From Candidatus Levyibacteriota bacterium (GTDB lineage Bacteria > Patescibacteriota > Microgenomatia > Levybacterales > UBA12049), in contig JACROF010000003.1 of NCBI GenBank assembly GCA_016214555.1, positions 64,930-128,929 on the forward strand: 64,000 bases of DNA. Direction: 5' to 3'. Made by a program: the position numbers and the translations under genes. Shown in pieces: positions 46,767 to 57,141 of the stretch. Within the stretch, counting starts at the first letter, position 1. Every line of letters starts with the position of its first letter. The notes beneath the pieces are model-generated. The model had not been told where the DNA came from. It saw nothing but the letters and a program-made list of their open reading frames with translations, and did not search any database.

Positions 46767-48034
46767 GCGCTCTCAGAAGATACTCCCATTGCTACACTAT
46801 TTTTCTTAGGATAAGCTTTTAAACGTAGCATCAGAAGCGTCAGGAAAAAAATTAAAAAATAATAACCAATTACAAGCGATAGAGGCAACGTGGAAATTGT
46901 CACAACAGGAGATAAAGAGCCAAAAAACCTGATTATAGTAAAAAAGTATAACAAGAATGGCATAGCCAAAACCGCAATGAGGATCCCAAGCCAAGACGAC
47001 ACAAGCCCAATAATAGCTGCCATCGAGCCTATTATCATGACTGGTGGGACGATCCATAAGACTAAAACATTAACAAGAAGAGATAACACTCCTAGTGTAT
47101 GAAAATAGTACAAGAGAATAGGCATGGTTGTAATCTGTGCAGAAAAAGTGGTTGTAAAATCATCAAAAAGGATGCCTTTTAGTCTCTTAGGTTCTGGGAA
47201 AAGAGGCTTGAGAAGAAGTATCCCCAGAGTTGCTGCAAATGACAATTGAAATCCTATATCAAAAATTACTGAAGGAGTTATAAGAATCATTATACATCCT
47301 GTAAGATACATTGCGACAAACGCTGTTTTTTGCCTTCCAAGCATCATCCCCACAAAGCCAACAGAGGACATAATCGCTGCCCTTACGATAGAGGCTGAGA
47401 GTCCGGACAGGACTGCATAACCCCCTATCGCAAGTATGGTAAAGGCTAGGGCGAATTGTCTTCGCATGACTCTACCAAAAAGAGGCATAAGAAATCCCGC
47501 AAGAAGTGTCACATTCATACCGCTTGCGGCGATGACGTGCATAACGCCTGTTTTGACAAACGCATCTTGGTCTGACTTATCAAATCCTGGATTTATACCA
47601 AAGACAATTCCCATAAGTAACTTTGCTTGATCGTGAGGCAAAGCATGCGAAAAAACCACATCTACCCTAGACCTAATCCAGCCAGCAACCCAAAAAATCA
47701 CTCCTGTGTCATTGGAAATTTTCTTAATTATAGGAAAATACATTGAAGACACAACCCTTTTATCATCTAGCACCGATGTGTTAACTTTGCCAGATACCGA
47801 TATTAAATCTCCGTAACCATACCCACTAAAGCGTGGTAACGTAAGTGAAAGCTTTCTCCCCTCAGCCATAACACTAAAGCGTTCTGTCTTCCCTGAAATA
47901 ACAGCGCTTGAGAGAATACGAGTTGTAAATGAAAGCTCTTTTCCATCAGAAAAAGGCTGCACAAAAGCAGACTGAGCAATTCTTGCTACTACAACAATAG
48001 CTGTCAAAAAGTAACAAATGAGAACAATTTTCAT
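46763..48034 (-). CDS. comEC: ComEC/Rec2 membrane channel part (DUF4131 plus Competence domain)
   Basis: Polytopic membrane protein with the competence-domain block VKTGVMHVIAASGMNVTLLAGFLMPLFG. Confidence 0.8.
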   Translation of the reverse strand: MKIVLICYFLTAIVVVARIAQSAFVQPFSDGKELSFTTRILSSAVISGKTERFSVMAEGRKLSLTLPRFSGYGYGDLISVSGKVNTSVLDDKRVVSSMYFPIIKKISNDTGVIFWVAGWIRSRVDVVFSHALPHDQAKLLMGIVFGINPGFDKSDQDAFVKTGVMHVIAASGMNVTLLAGFLMPLFGRVMRRQFALAFTILAIGGYAVLSGLSASIVRAAIMSSVGFVGMMLGRQKTAFVAMYLTGCIMILITPSVIFDIGFQLSFAATLGILLLKPLFPEPKRLKGILFDDFTTTFSAQITTMPILLYYFHTLGVLSLLVNVLVLWIVPPVMIIGSMAAIIGLVSSWLGILIAVLAMPFLLYFFTIIRFFGSLSPVVTISTLPLSLVIGYYFLIFFLTLLMLRLKAYPKKNSVAMGVSSESA

Positions 48035-48036
48035 AG

Positions 48037-48765
48037 CTAAAGAGAGATCTGATTTTTAATTTTATCTAGCGTCTTTGAGGAAATAGACTTCTTGCTTACA
48101 AGTTCATCAATACTTGCGTAAGGACGATTGGAAATGATCTTTTGAGCCGTTACTCCCCCTATACCAGGAAGGCTCTCAAGTTGAGATTGCGATGCTGTAT
48201 TGACACTAATCATACCTGTCTGACTTCCCATAACGCTCTGATTACTTCCTGATGCAGATTCACCATGAAAAGGGATATAAATCTTCATCCCATCACTAAC
48301 TCTTGAGGCTAGATTGAGGCTTTTTGCTAACTCACTTTTGTCTACCTTGGCAGAGAGACCCCCTGCGGCAACAATAGCATCTTGCACACGAGCATCGCTT
48401 GAGAGATCATACACTCCAGGCTTGAGGACTGCGCCTTCGATATCAACCTTAATACCACTATCTGCATACGTTGGCGCTGGAGCACTATCACCTGAGGCTT
48501 TCTGAACAAGTATTTCTTCATGCTTGGGCTGTGATATCTGATACAAACCATATCCTAAGAATATCAAACCACCCACTCCAGCAACGATAAGTAAGAGATT
48601 ACTTCGAATAAATTGAGGCAATACATCCTCTTGTTGGTCCACAAGATTACTGTACTGCCAGAGGATGTACTTTGTAAAGCAAAGAAAAAGCCAGGCTCGC
48701 TTGAGCCTGGCTATAGAGTCATCCTTTCTCATCAATACAAAAAACAAGAGTGCCGAAAAAGACAA
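48037..48765 (-). CDS. comEA: ComEA-like DNA-binding competence protein (helix-hairpin-helix)
   Basis: C-terminal HhH pair VNTASQSQLESLPGIGGVTAQKIISNRPYASIDEL. N-terminal membrane anchor. Confidence 0.8.
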   Translation of the reverse strand: MSFSALLFFVLMRKDDSIARLKRAWLFLCFTKYILWQYSNLVDQQEDVLPQFIRSNLLLIVAGVGGLIFLGYGLYQISQPKHEEILVQKASGDSAPAPTYADSGIKVDIEGAVLKPGVYDLSSDARVQDAIVAAGGLSAKVDKSELAKSLNLASRVSDGMKIYIPFHGESASGSNQSVMGSQTGMISVNTASQSQLESLPGIGGVTAQKIISNRPYASIDELVSKKSISSKTLDKIKNQISL

Positions 48766-49307
48766 ATCCTAGCGCTATAACACACCAGGTCATAACAAGG
48801 TCTGCAATCGACTCTCCACGAAGGTACAAAGTCGAGATCATACCGTATTGAACAAGTGCCGGCAGAAAACCGACAAAAAGGCCAAGCTTGCCCAATATGC
48901 TATAGGCACCAACTAAAGTTGCTACAAAAGCGACAAAGCCTGCAGCAAATTCACCAGTCAGAAAATAGTCCAAGGATGCATCCACGTGACGTCCTCCTTT
49001 TTTAGGTCTAGACTCGATCCTCTTCCCCATCCATCATAATGATGAAAAAGAGCATCCCAACCTGAATACAAAAGAAAAATAGTCCTAGAACAGCGATGAG
49101 AACTATATCGCGTAATCCAAAATAAACCCAATGTGAAACGACATTGCCAAAGACCATTCCAAAGACAGCTCCCAGCACTACCCCATCTCTTTTTAAGATC
49201 AAGATGCTCATGCCAAGATAGCATAAAAAGGCAATGATGCCATTGCCTGTAGCTCCTTCAGGGAAAATGCCAAGCGTCCAATTGACGATCTGATTGATCG
49301 TATCCAC
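48719..49307 (-). other. Two overlapping small membrane-protein ORFs (49008..49307 and 48719..49030); possibly one gene of about 200 aa interrupted by a frameshift
   Basis: Both ORFs are hydrophobic (about 3 TM each), adjacent on the same strand in different frames, with a 23-nt overlap. Confidence 0.3.
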
Positions 49308-49434
49308 TTTGCCTCCATTGGGTTTTCAAATCTTCAAAGTGAAGACTTAAAATACATTGTTTAGGTGCTCGCTTGAGTAAGATCGCCTGATCCTACTCTG
49401 AGATGAGGAATTATAGCATAAGTGAAGCTAGGAG

Positions 49435-52008
49435 CTATACGGCAACGACGAAATTTAAAATTTTACCTGGGACATAGATTGCTTTCTTAATAGTTTTTCC
49501 TTCAAGATGCTTTTGAACCGAAAAATCTTCATGCGCGATACGCTCTACCTCTTCCTGACTTGCTTGAGGGTCGTTAAGAACAAAAGTGCCTCTTAATTTC
49601 CCATTGATCTGTACAGCAATCACCGTATCTCCACTTTCAATGAATTTCTGATCAAAAGCTGGCCAGACAGAAGTATGGATTGAGCCTTGTTCGCCTAGTC
49701 TGTGCCATAACTCCTCTGTTATATGTGGTGCAAAAGGAGCAAGAAGCTGCAATAGCACTTTAGCCTCAGTCAATGAAATCTCTTTTTGCTCTGAGAGGAA
49801 ATTGTAGTAGGTCATAATCTTAGCAATGGCTGTATTGTAGTGAAAACCTTCGATATCCTCTGTCACACCTTTAATAGCCTTGTGCATCTCGGATTTAGCA
49901 CTACTGTCAACCTCTTTGCTAATAATTGTTTGGCTTGATAACAAGACCCAAATTCTCTTCATGAAGCGAAACATACCTTCAATGCCACTATCCCGGAAAT
50001 CACCACCCATATTAAATGGTCCTAAAAACATCAAATATGTTCGAAGTGTGTCAGCTCCAAATTTCTTGATATATTCATCAGGCACGACTACATTGCCTTT
50101 TGACTTGCTCATCTTCGCACCATCTTTGATAATAAGTCCATGAGCAAAAAACCTTGGAAAAGGCTCGTCGAAGTCTACAAGCCCTAGGTCGTGAGAAACT
50201 TTAGTCAAAAATCGTGCATATAACAAATGCAAAACAGAGTGCTCTGCCCCACCCGTATAAATAGTTGGCGGAAGCCATAACTTACCAACTCCCTCATCCC
50301 ATGCATGATCATTATCACTCGTTGAAGTATAGCGATAAAAATACCAAGCGCTATCTAAGAAAGTATCAGATACATCTGTTTCTCTTTTTGCTTCTTTCCC
50401 ACACGATGGACAGTTAACTGTGTAAAACTCTGGATGCCTTCCAAGAGGCGATGTTGCCTCAGAATTCTCAGATGAAGCACCAATTGGCTTGTAATCCTCA
50501 ATATATGGCAACTCAATTGGCAAATTTTCATCAGGATACCAACCAGGCATTTGAGTAGATAGGGTCTGGTGTTGAACAGCTTGCAAGCTCTCCCTATTTA
50601 CTAAATACTTACTACTAACCCCTTCTTTTGAGGTAAACCATGATCTTCCCTCTTTGGCACAATGCTCACAATAAATCATCGGTATCGGCGGCCCCCAGTA
50701 TCTCTGCCGAGATATGAGCCAATCTCTCAAATGATAATTCGTTGACTCCGTTGCCAATCCTCTCTCTTGAAGATATGCGATGATCTTGTCTTTATCTTTA
50801 GGGGCAAGAAGACCATTCCACTCACCTGAATTAATAAGCTTTCCCTCGCCCGTATAGGCCTCCTTAGTAATATTTGCTGATTCGTGCTGGATGACCTGGA
50901 TAATAGGTAACTCATATTTACGGGCAAATTCGTAATCTCTCTGATCATGCCCGGGAACTGCCATAATTGCCCCTGTTCCATAAGACATCAGGACATAATC
51001 AGCAATCCAAACAGGCATCTGCTGATTATTGATTGGGTTGATGACATAGGCCCCACTAAAAACACCGCTCTTTTCTCTATCACTTAAATCTTTTTCTAGT
51101 GCGCGGATCTTTGCTTTTGCAACATAGTCTGATACTCCAGGATTGCTCATCCATTCCTTAACCAATGGATGCTCAGGCGAAACAACCATAAAAGTTGCGC
51201 CAAAAAGCGTATCTGGTCGAGTAGTGAAGACTGAAAGATCGTTATCGGTATCGGCTACTCGAAAAGTGATTTTTGCCCCCTGACTCTTTCCTATCCAGTT
51301 TCGCTGTGCCGTCTTTACCTTCTCAGTCCAGTCAATCTTGTCTAATCCCTCAAGAAGTTGCTCTGCATATTCTGTGATCCGAAACATCCATTGCTTGAGC
51401 TCCTTCTTTTCAACCTCAGCTCCACATCGCTCACACTGACCATCAATGACCTGCTCATCAGCCAGAACAGTCATGCACGAGGGACAAAAATTGACACCAA
51501 CGCTCTCCCTGTAAGCAAGACCAGACTTAAATAACTCAATAAAGATCCACTGTGTCCATCTATAATAATCTGTATCATATGTTTCTAAAATATGTGACCA
51601 GTCATAGCCACTCCCTAGTGATTTGACCTGATCATAAAATCTCTTCTCACTTTTTTTAGCCTGCTCCATAGGATGACTCCCAATTTTGAGAGCATAGTTC
51701 TCAGAATGAATTCCAAACCCATCAAGGCCAAATGGCTGGAAGACATCAAAGCCTTGCATTCTCTTAAAACGACCGTGGATATCGGCTCCGGTAAAAGCAT
51801 AAACATTTCCTACATGAAGACCTTCCGCTGAAGGATAAGGAAACATATGGAGGTTATAATATGGCCTTTTAGCAGAATGTAAATCTGGCTGATAAATCTT
51901 TTCCTTCAACCAAATCTCTTGCCACTTCTGCTCTATCCTTTGAGGAAAATACTTTGTATCCTCGCCTTGGACCTGATCCTTAGCGCTTAGCGCACTAGCT
52001 TTCTTCAT
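49435..52008 (-). CDS. leuS: Leucyl-tRNA synthetase
   Basis: 857 aa with the class I HIGH-region PYPSAEGLHVGNVYAFTGADIHGRF and a KMSKS-type MSKSKGNVV motif. Full length. Confidence 0.95.
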   Translation of the reverse strand: MKKASALSAKDQVQGEDTKYFPQRIEQKWQEIWLKEKIYQPDLHSAKRPYYNLHMFPYPSAEGLHVGNVYAFTGADIHGRFKRMQGFDVFQPFGLDGFGIHSENYALKIGSHPMEQAKKSEKRFYDQVKSLGSGYDWSHILETYDTDYYRWTQWIFIELFKSGLAYRESVGVNFCPSCMTVLADEQVIDGQCERCGAEVEKKELKQWMFRITEYAEQLLEGLDKIDWTEKVKTAQRNWIGKSQGAKITFRVADTDNDLSVFTTRPDTLFGATFMVVSPEHPLVKEWMSNPGVSDYVAKAKIRALEKDLSDREKSGVFSGAYVINPINNQQMPVWIADYVLMSYGTGAIMAVPGHDQRDYEFARKYELPIIQVIQHESANITKEAYTGEGKLINSGEWNGLLAPKDKDKIIAYLQERGLATESTNYHLRDWLISRQRYWGPPIPMIYCEHCAKEGRSWFTSKEGVSSKYLVNRESLQAVQHQTLSTQMPGWYPDENLPIELPYIEDYKPIGASSENSEATSPLGRHPEFYTVNCPSCGKEAKRETDVSDTFLDSAWYFYRYTSTSDNDHAWDEGVGKLWLPPTIYTGGAEHSVLHLLYARFLTKVSHDLGLVDFDEPFPRFFAHGLIIKDGAKMSKSKGNVVVPDEYIKKFGADTLRTYLMFLGPFNMGGDFRDSGIEGMFRFMKRIWVLLSSQTIISKEVDSSAKSEMHKAIKGVTEDIEGFHYNTAIAKIMTYYNFLSEQKEISLTEAKVLLQLLAPFAPHITEELWHRLGEQGSIHTSVWPAFDQKFIESGDTVIAVQINGKLRGTFVLNDPQASQEEVERIAHEDFSVQKHLEGKTIKKAIYVPGKILNFVVAV

Positions 52009-52148
52009 AGCTTAAAGTATAGCATAGCACTCCGATACTTAGCATGAAGTCATAGCCCCCCCGCCTCCATCCCCTAACTACTAGCTACTAGCTACTAAAT
52101 CTAACTCCTAGATACCAACTCCTGAATTATTTGCTATAGTTAATCTAT

Positions 52149-52643
52149 ATGTCACTTACAAGACAAGCTGTCCTTATTGTAGGAATAGGCATTCTCATCT
52201 GGATCTGGCAATTACTGTCCCTAGAGAGCCTCACTGTCCCCATTATTGGACTTATGGTGCTGGCATACCTTGTAGCTTCAAAGCTTACGCAAAAAAATCG
52301 CTCTGGAGAAAAAAGGGCAATCGATCACTATCTTGTCCTTCTGCTCTCGAGTATTGTTGTTCTCCTTGTCTTCTCAACGGGAGGCCTGGACTCTTCAATT
52401 TTTTTTCTTTTGTATTTTGCTTTTTTTGCTATTGGATTTGCTCTCATGCCAGATAGTGTTTTTATTTTTATGGCCGTTGTCGTTTTGCTACTCCTGCCCC
52501 AAGGACTCAAAGAAAATATGTCTGAAAATCTGATAAAAATTGGCTCACTCATTTTGATTGCCCCTCTTGCCTATTTTTTTTCTGAAAAAACAAAAGCTGA
52601 GCTCGCAGATATCATTACTAAATCCGAGGAGTTTAAGGAATAA
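52149..52643 (+). CDS. Hypothetical polytopic membrane protein
   Basis: 164 aa, 4-5 TM helices. It is the first gene of the surface-protein cluster. Confidence 0.45.
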   Translation: MSLTRQAVLIVGIGILIWIWQLLSLESLTVPIIGLMVLAYLVASKLTQKNRSGEKRAIDHYLVLLLSSIVVLLVFSTGGLDSSIFFLLYFAFFAIGFALMPDSVFIFMAVVVLLLLPQGLKENMSENLIKIGSLILIAPLAYFFSEKTKAELADIITKSEEFKE

Positions 52644-52649
52644 TCTCGT

Positions 52650-53402
52650 ATGAAACTTGCCTATCTTAGCCTATCAATCCTCTTGGCCTTCTTTTTTTTA
52701 ACTGCTCAAAAAGCTATCAATCTAGAACAAATTAGTGCATTTACCATGAGTAATGCGAATTGGATTATCGATTTTGCCAATCTCAATATGACATCCGGAA
52801 AACCAACAGGGCCAAATTACAAAGTCAGTAACACCGTTGGCCAGATTGCACCAGGTCTGTACTCAGGAACCAATTTTAAGGTTCGAGCAGGCTTCCAATA
52901 TGTTTATTCCATCATCCCCTTTAGCTTTACCATAAGCACGCTTGAAATTAACTTTGGCACACTTATTCCAACCAATCCCGTGACAAGAACAAACGTCCTA
53001 ACCCTTAGCAATGGCTCGGCAAATGGCTACTCAGTCCTTGCCTATGAAAATCACGCACTACTGATCCCGGGAAGCGGCAGAATGATCCCAGACACAAGCT
53101 GTGATGCCGGAACATGCACGCAAATAACAGCAGCTGCATGGACGAGTTCGCTTGCGTATGGATTTGGATATCGATGCGACAACCTCAGCGGTACAGACTG
53201 TTCAACAGACTTCTCAACAGGTACTTTTTATAAGCAATTTGCCAATGACTCTGATGGCGAAACTGCCCAAGCTGTTATGAGAGGGGTGAATGTCGGAAGG
53301 TCAAAACAAGTGCAAATTACCTACAAAGCAAATATTTCAGCAACCCAACCTCCTGGAGAATATACCAATCAAATAATTTACTTGGCAATACCAACTTTTT
53401 AA
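52650..53402 (+). CDS. Secreted WxL-like small surface protein (250 aa)
   Basis: Signal peptide. The C-terminus TQPPGEYTNQIIYLAIPTF parallels the C-termini of the 480-aa paralogs (TPPGDYW.IMTYTASV.F). Confidence 0.55.
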   Translation: MKLAYLSLSILLAFFFLTAQKAINLEQISAFTMSNANWIIDFANLNMTSGKPTGPNYKVSNTVGQIAPGLYSGTNFKVRAGFQYVYSIIPFSFTISTLEINFGTLIPTNPVTRTNVLTLSNGSANGYSVLAYENHALLIPGSGRMIPDTSCDAGTCTQITAAAWTSSLAYGFGYRCDNLSGTDCSTDFSTGTFYKQFANDSDGETAQAVMRGVNVGRSKQVQITYKANISATQPPGEYTNQIIYLAIPTF

Positions 53403-53404
53403 TT

Positions 53405-54469
53405 ATGAATAAACATATAGAGTATAAAGTAGCAAGAATTAAGCAAAAGGCAGTAATAATTAGCTTGCTATCTACTTTATTCTGCATACTATCTACTAAT
53501 CAAATAGATGCTGCAAGCTTTGAGCTTTCCGTCTCGCCGCCGATCTTTGAGATAGAATTAACTCCTCCAGCCGTTGCCGATGTGAATGAACAAATTATTC
53601 TTGAAAACACCGGTGATGATGGTATGAATTTAGAAATTGATTTCAGACTATTCAGACCTCAAGACAAGAACGGCGATATTGTCTATCTTAAAAAGGGAGA
53701 CCTCTATGGGGATGATCCTTTAATCCTTAAAAGAATTCGCATTATGGATGACGATAAAGAGATTCATGAACTTTATCTCTCTCCCCATACCAAGAAAAAA
53801 CTTAACCTCATCATAACTATTCCCAAAGATGAGCCACCCTCTGATTATTACTTCAGTATTCTTTTCTCATCAAAGGAGGATGAAAAACAAAATAACGGCT
53901 CGTATACAGAGTCAATTGGCGGTGTTGCGGTCAATACTCTCCTTTCTATCGGCCCTAAAGACTCAACGAAAGGCTCTATCGAAGAATTTTCGACGGATTT
54001 TTTTAGGACTGAAGGCCCGGTGCCTTTTGTCGTGACGATCCACAACAAGAGCAAACATTTTATCTCCCCTCAAGCAAGTATAGCTATCAGAAACATGTTT
54101 GGACAAACGATAGGAAAGATTGAGCTTTTACCCGTAAATATCCTTTCAGAATCAAGTAGATCTCTTCCCAGTAAAGAACAATTTGTTATCAACGCTCAAG
54201 AAACTGACGAGGATAAAAAAACAAAAAAACAAAATGCGACCATACTTAAGCTCATCTCACACTCTCTTACTCCAGTTGCAGTCTGGCCTGAGTCTTTTCT
54301 CCTTGGCCCCTACTCTGCCACCCTCACAGTTGCTCTTTCAGAAAATGGCCCTTTATATGTGAAGACTATTCATTTTTTCGCATTTCCACTTCATATTCTT
54401 ATTGGATTTATCATCGCTATTCTTCTTCTCTTAACAATTAAGCATCGACTCGCGTACAAAAAAGTTTGA
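53405..54469 (+). CDS. DUF916/DUF3324-like cell-surface protein with a C-terminal TM anchor
   Basis: Signal peptide. FELSVSPPIFEIELTPPA start. C-terminal TM LHILIGFIIAILLLLTI followed by a basic tail KHRLAYKKV. Confidence 0.55.
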   Translation: MNKHIEYKVARIKQKAVIISLLSTLFCILSTNQIDAASFELSVSPPIFEIELTPPAVADVNEQIILENTGDDGMNLEIDFRLFRPQDKNGDIVYLKKGDLYGDDPLILKRIRIMDDDKEIHELYLSPHTKKKLNLIITIPKDEPPSDYYFSILFSSKEDEKQNNGSYTESIGGVAVNTLLSIGPKDSTKGSIEEFSTDFFRTEGPVPFVVTIHNKSKHFISPQASIAIRNMFGQTIGKIELLPVNILSESSRSLPSKEQFVINAQETDEDKKTKKQNATILKLISHSLTPVAVWPESFLLGPYSATLTVALSENGPLYVKTIHFFAFPLHILIGFIIAILLLLTIKHRLAYKKV

Positions 54470-54546
54470 AGCCATAAACAATCAGAACTGTCACAATTTG
54501 ACCTATTCTAGCCCTTGACAACCTGACATTTTTCACACAATACTGG

Positions 54547-55992
54547 ATGTACATGAGAAAATACTTTCTGCTCTTATTCTCGTTGTTTTCGTTGGCTCTT
54601 TTTTTTGTGGTCGCAACACAAAAAACCGAAGCTGCTTCCTTACTCAATGCTTCAGCAAGTGCTACAACCTCACGACCCTCCCCATCATCCCCCCTCTTTA
54701 TCCCAGATCCCATGAGCATAGGAACCTCATCAGCAAGAGTCTATGACAATCTCTCAACTTTTCTCTCATCTGATTCTGCAAAATTCTTTAACAACGGCGT
54801 TTTTAGCGAGATATTAACTGTCGCTACAACCTCAGCTGATAGACAAACGCTTTTTTTCACAGGCGCAGCCACTGCTGCCCACAATAGAACTTCAGTTATT
54901 ACTGCTCCCATCACTGCGATGCATCAATTTGTGTTTACTACCCAAACCGCTATCCCTGTTAACGGAACTATCGAGATCACGTATCCAAACTCAGGATCCC
55001 TGGATACTGTCCAGGCATCGCCTTCGGCAAATACCTGGATGTTTAATGGGCTATCAACAAGCAATATTAAGCAAAAAATTAGCCAAGGCACTGCTGGATG
55101 CAACTGGACCAAGTCTGGAGATACCAATGGCTCAGGCGGGCAGACTCCAAAGTTAGTCTGTACAGTAACTGGAGCAATTATCCCAGCAGGAGCAACAGTG
55201 TGGGTTTGGGTTGGCTGCTCTACTTATACCAATGGCACCTCATGCGCAACACAAAATCCCAACCTTATTAACCCAACAGCTTTAACAGGACGAGGTATCG
55301 CTGATGTAAAAAATATCAATGTGATTACGTATGATGTATCTGGAGGCAACATTCTTGACTCATCGTCGCTGAAAATGGGGACCATTGATTCGGTCTTTGT
55401 CGTTGCTCACGTTGATCCTACATTCACCTTCCGTATTGATGGCGTGGCATCAGGAGTAGATATCAACACGTTATGCTCAGGCTATACGAGCGCAACATAT
55501 TTCACCCAAAACCAAAGTGGTGTTAACTTCCCCACAACAGGAACTGATGTCAACTTAGGCACAGTCAGTAGCGGAGGACCAAATTATGCAGCGCAAAAAA
55601 TGAGCATTGTCTCCAACACCAGCGTTGGGTATGTAATCACTGCTACGTCTTCAGGATTCCTAGTAAACCCCTCGAGTGGAAAATACATCGTAAATACCCA
55701 AGGCAACGTCACAGCGAACAATACACCTGCACCTGTTGTGATGCCTGGCACGGGAGGGTTTGGTATCAATGCATGCGATAGTAGCAGCAGAGTTAACACG
55801 ACCACCTGGGGTACTACAGCACCGAAATTTGCCAATCCGTCACAAAACTTCTACTACACACTAGTAAACTATGCTGGAGCTCTCAGCGGCACGGACAATA
55901 TCTATGTAGTATACGGCGCTCAAGCGCAGGCAACGACACCTCCTGGAGACTACTGGGAAATTATGACATATACTGCCTCTGTAGCGTTTTAA
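54547..55992 (+). CDS. Secreted cell-surface protein (481 aa), paralog of 37618..39060; WxL-like C-terminus
   Basis: Signal peptide MRKYFLLLFSLFSLALFFVVATQKTEA. Conserved blocks shared with the paralog as listed there. Confidence 0.75.
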   Translation: MYMRKYFLLLFSLFSLALFFVVATQKTEAASLLNASASATTSRPSPSSPLFIPDPMSIGTSSARVYDNLSTFLSSDSAKFFNNGVFSEILTVATTSADRQTLFFTGAATAAHNRTSVITAPITAMHQFVFTTQTAIPVNGTIEITYPNSGSLDTVQASPSANTWMFNGLSTSNIKQKISQGTAGCNWTKSGDTNGSGGQTPKLVCTVTGAIIPAGATVWVWVGCSTYTNGTSCATQNPNLINPTALTGRGIADVKNINVITYDVSGGNILDSSSLKMGTIDSVFVVAHVDPTFTFRIDGVASGVDINTLCSGYTSATYFTQNQSGVNFPTTGTDVNLGTVSSGGPNYAAQKMSIVSNTSVGYVITATSSGFLVNPSSGKYIVNTQGNVTANNTPAPVVMPGTGGFGINACDSSSRVNTTTWGTTAPKFANPSQNFYYTLVNYAGALSGTDNIYVVYGAQAQATTPPGDYWEIMTYTASVAF

Positions 55993-56041
55993 AAAGACAC
56001 TTTACAGCACAATGGTAGTATGGTAGCGTTGAAGTATAGCT

Positions 56042-57019
56042 ATGATAATTAAAACTGCCCAAAAAGGATCATTGGTTGCAAAAATACAAACAGGAGCGAT
56101 TGTTACCTCTCTTGCTCTTTCCGTTTTGGGAACAGCAACCTACACAGGCCTTGTTGATCAAATATCAGCACAGGCTAGCACAGCTAGATCCATAACTATT
56201 ACTCCTCCATCTCTCCCCTTTACTGTTAATCCTGGAGAAAAAAAGGAAGGTGTTTTGGGACTAATTAATGAGTCAAATGACGACATTGTCTTTAGCGTTG
56301 TCATCTACGATATGATCGTTGAGGACAATCAAGGAACACCAGAATTTCTTCCCGCTGGAACAATCTCAAGTAACAAATACGCTGCGAGTTCATGGATAGG
56401 CGTTGACTCACCTAGTCTTCTCGTAAAGGCGCACTCACGAGGCACTCTTCACTACTATGTACAAGTCCCAGCTGATGCAGGTCCTGGCGGTCATTATGCA
56501 GGCATCGTGTATCACCCTGAGAGAGTTGAGATCGCAAAAGGCTCAGGAGCAGCAATCAATCAACAATTAGCAACGCTTGTTTACTTTGACGTAGCAGGAC
56601 CTGTTAAGGAAAGTGCTCAGGTAAAACAGTTTAGCGCTCCAGGATTCTCAGAGTATGGACCCGTAAAGCTTACTACAGAAATCAGCAACTTCGGAGACAC
56701 TCACATCAAACCAACTGGAACTCTGACCGTAACTGACATGCTTGGAAAAGTTGTAGCTTCAAAGAAGATTCAGGAGCAAAATATTTTTCCAGGAGGAATC
56801 TCTCGCCTATTTGAAGAATCAGTTGGTAAGAAATGGATGCTTGGAAAATATGAGGCAAAGCTAATGGCTACTTATGGTCGAAACAACAACCTTCCTCTTG
56901 TTGCCTCAGTTGCTTTCTGGGTATTCCCATGGAAGATAGCACTTCTCATCATCACACTTATCGTTGCAGCAATCCTTGGCTATCTGTACGTAAAGAAAAA
57001 CAAGCACACCCCGCAGTAG
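56042..57019 (+). CDS. DUF916/DUF3324-like cell-surface protein with a C-terminal TM anchor
   Basis: Signal/anchor at the N-terminus, SITITPPSLPFTVNPGEKKEGVLGLINESNDDIVF, and a C-terminal TM WKIALLIITLIVAAILGYLYV plus a KKNKH tail. Confidence 0.6.
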   Translation: MIIKTAQKGSLVAKIQTGAIVTSLALSVLGTATYTGLVDQISAQASTARSITITPPSLPFTVNPGEKKEGVLGLINESNDDIVFSVVIYDMIVEDNQGTPEFLPAGTISSNKYAASSWIGVDSPSLLVKAHSRGTLHYYVQVPADAGPGGHYAGIVYHPERVEIAKGSGAAINQQLATLVYFDVAGPVKESAQVKQFSAPGFSEYGPVKLTTEISNFGDTHIKPTGTLTVTDMLGKVVASKKIQEQNIFPGGISRLFEESVGKKWMLGKYEAKLMATYGRNNNLPLVASVAFWVFPWKIALLIITLIVAAILGYLYVKKNKHTPQ

Positions 57020-57141
57020 ATCCAGGGAGTAGATAGTAGGCTCTAGAAGATACTAACGAGATAGCGATTTTCTCATATCTCTTTTACTGTAATATAGCTA
57101 CTACCTCTACTTACTACCCCCTACATCCTATCTCCTACCTC

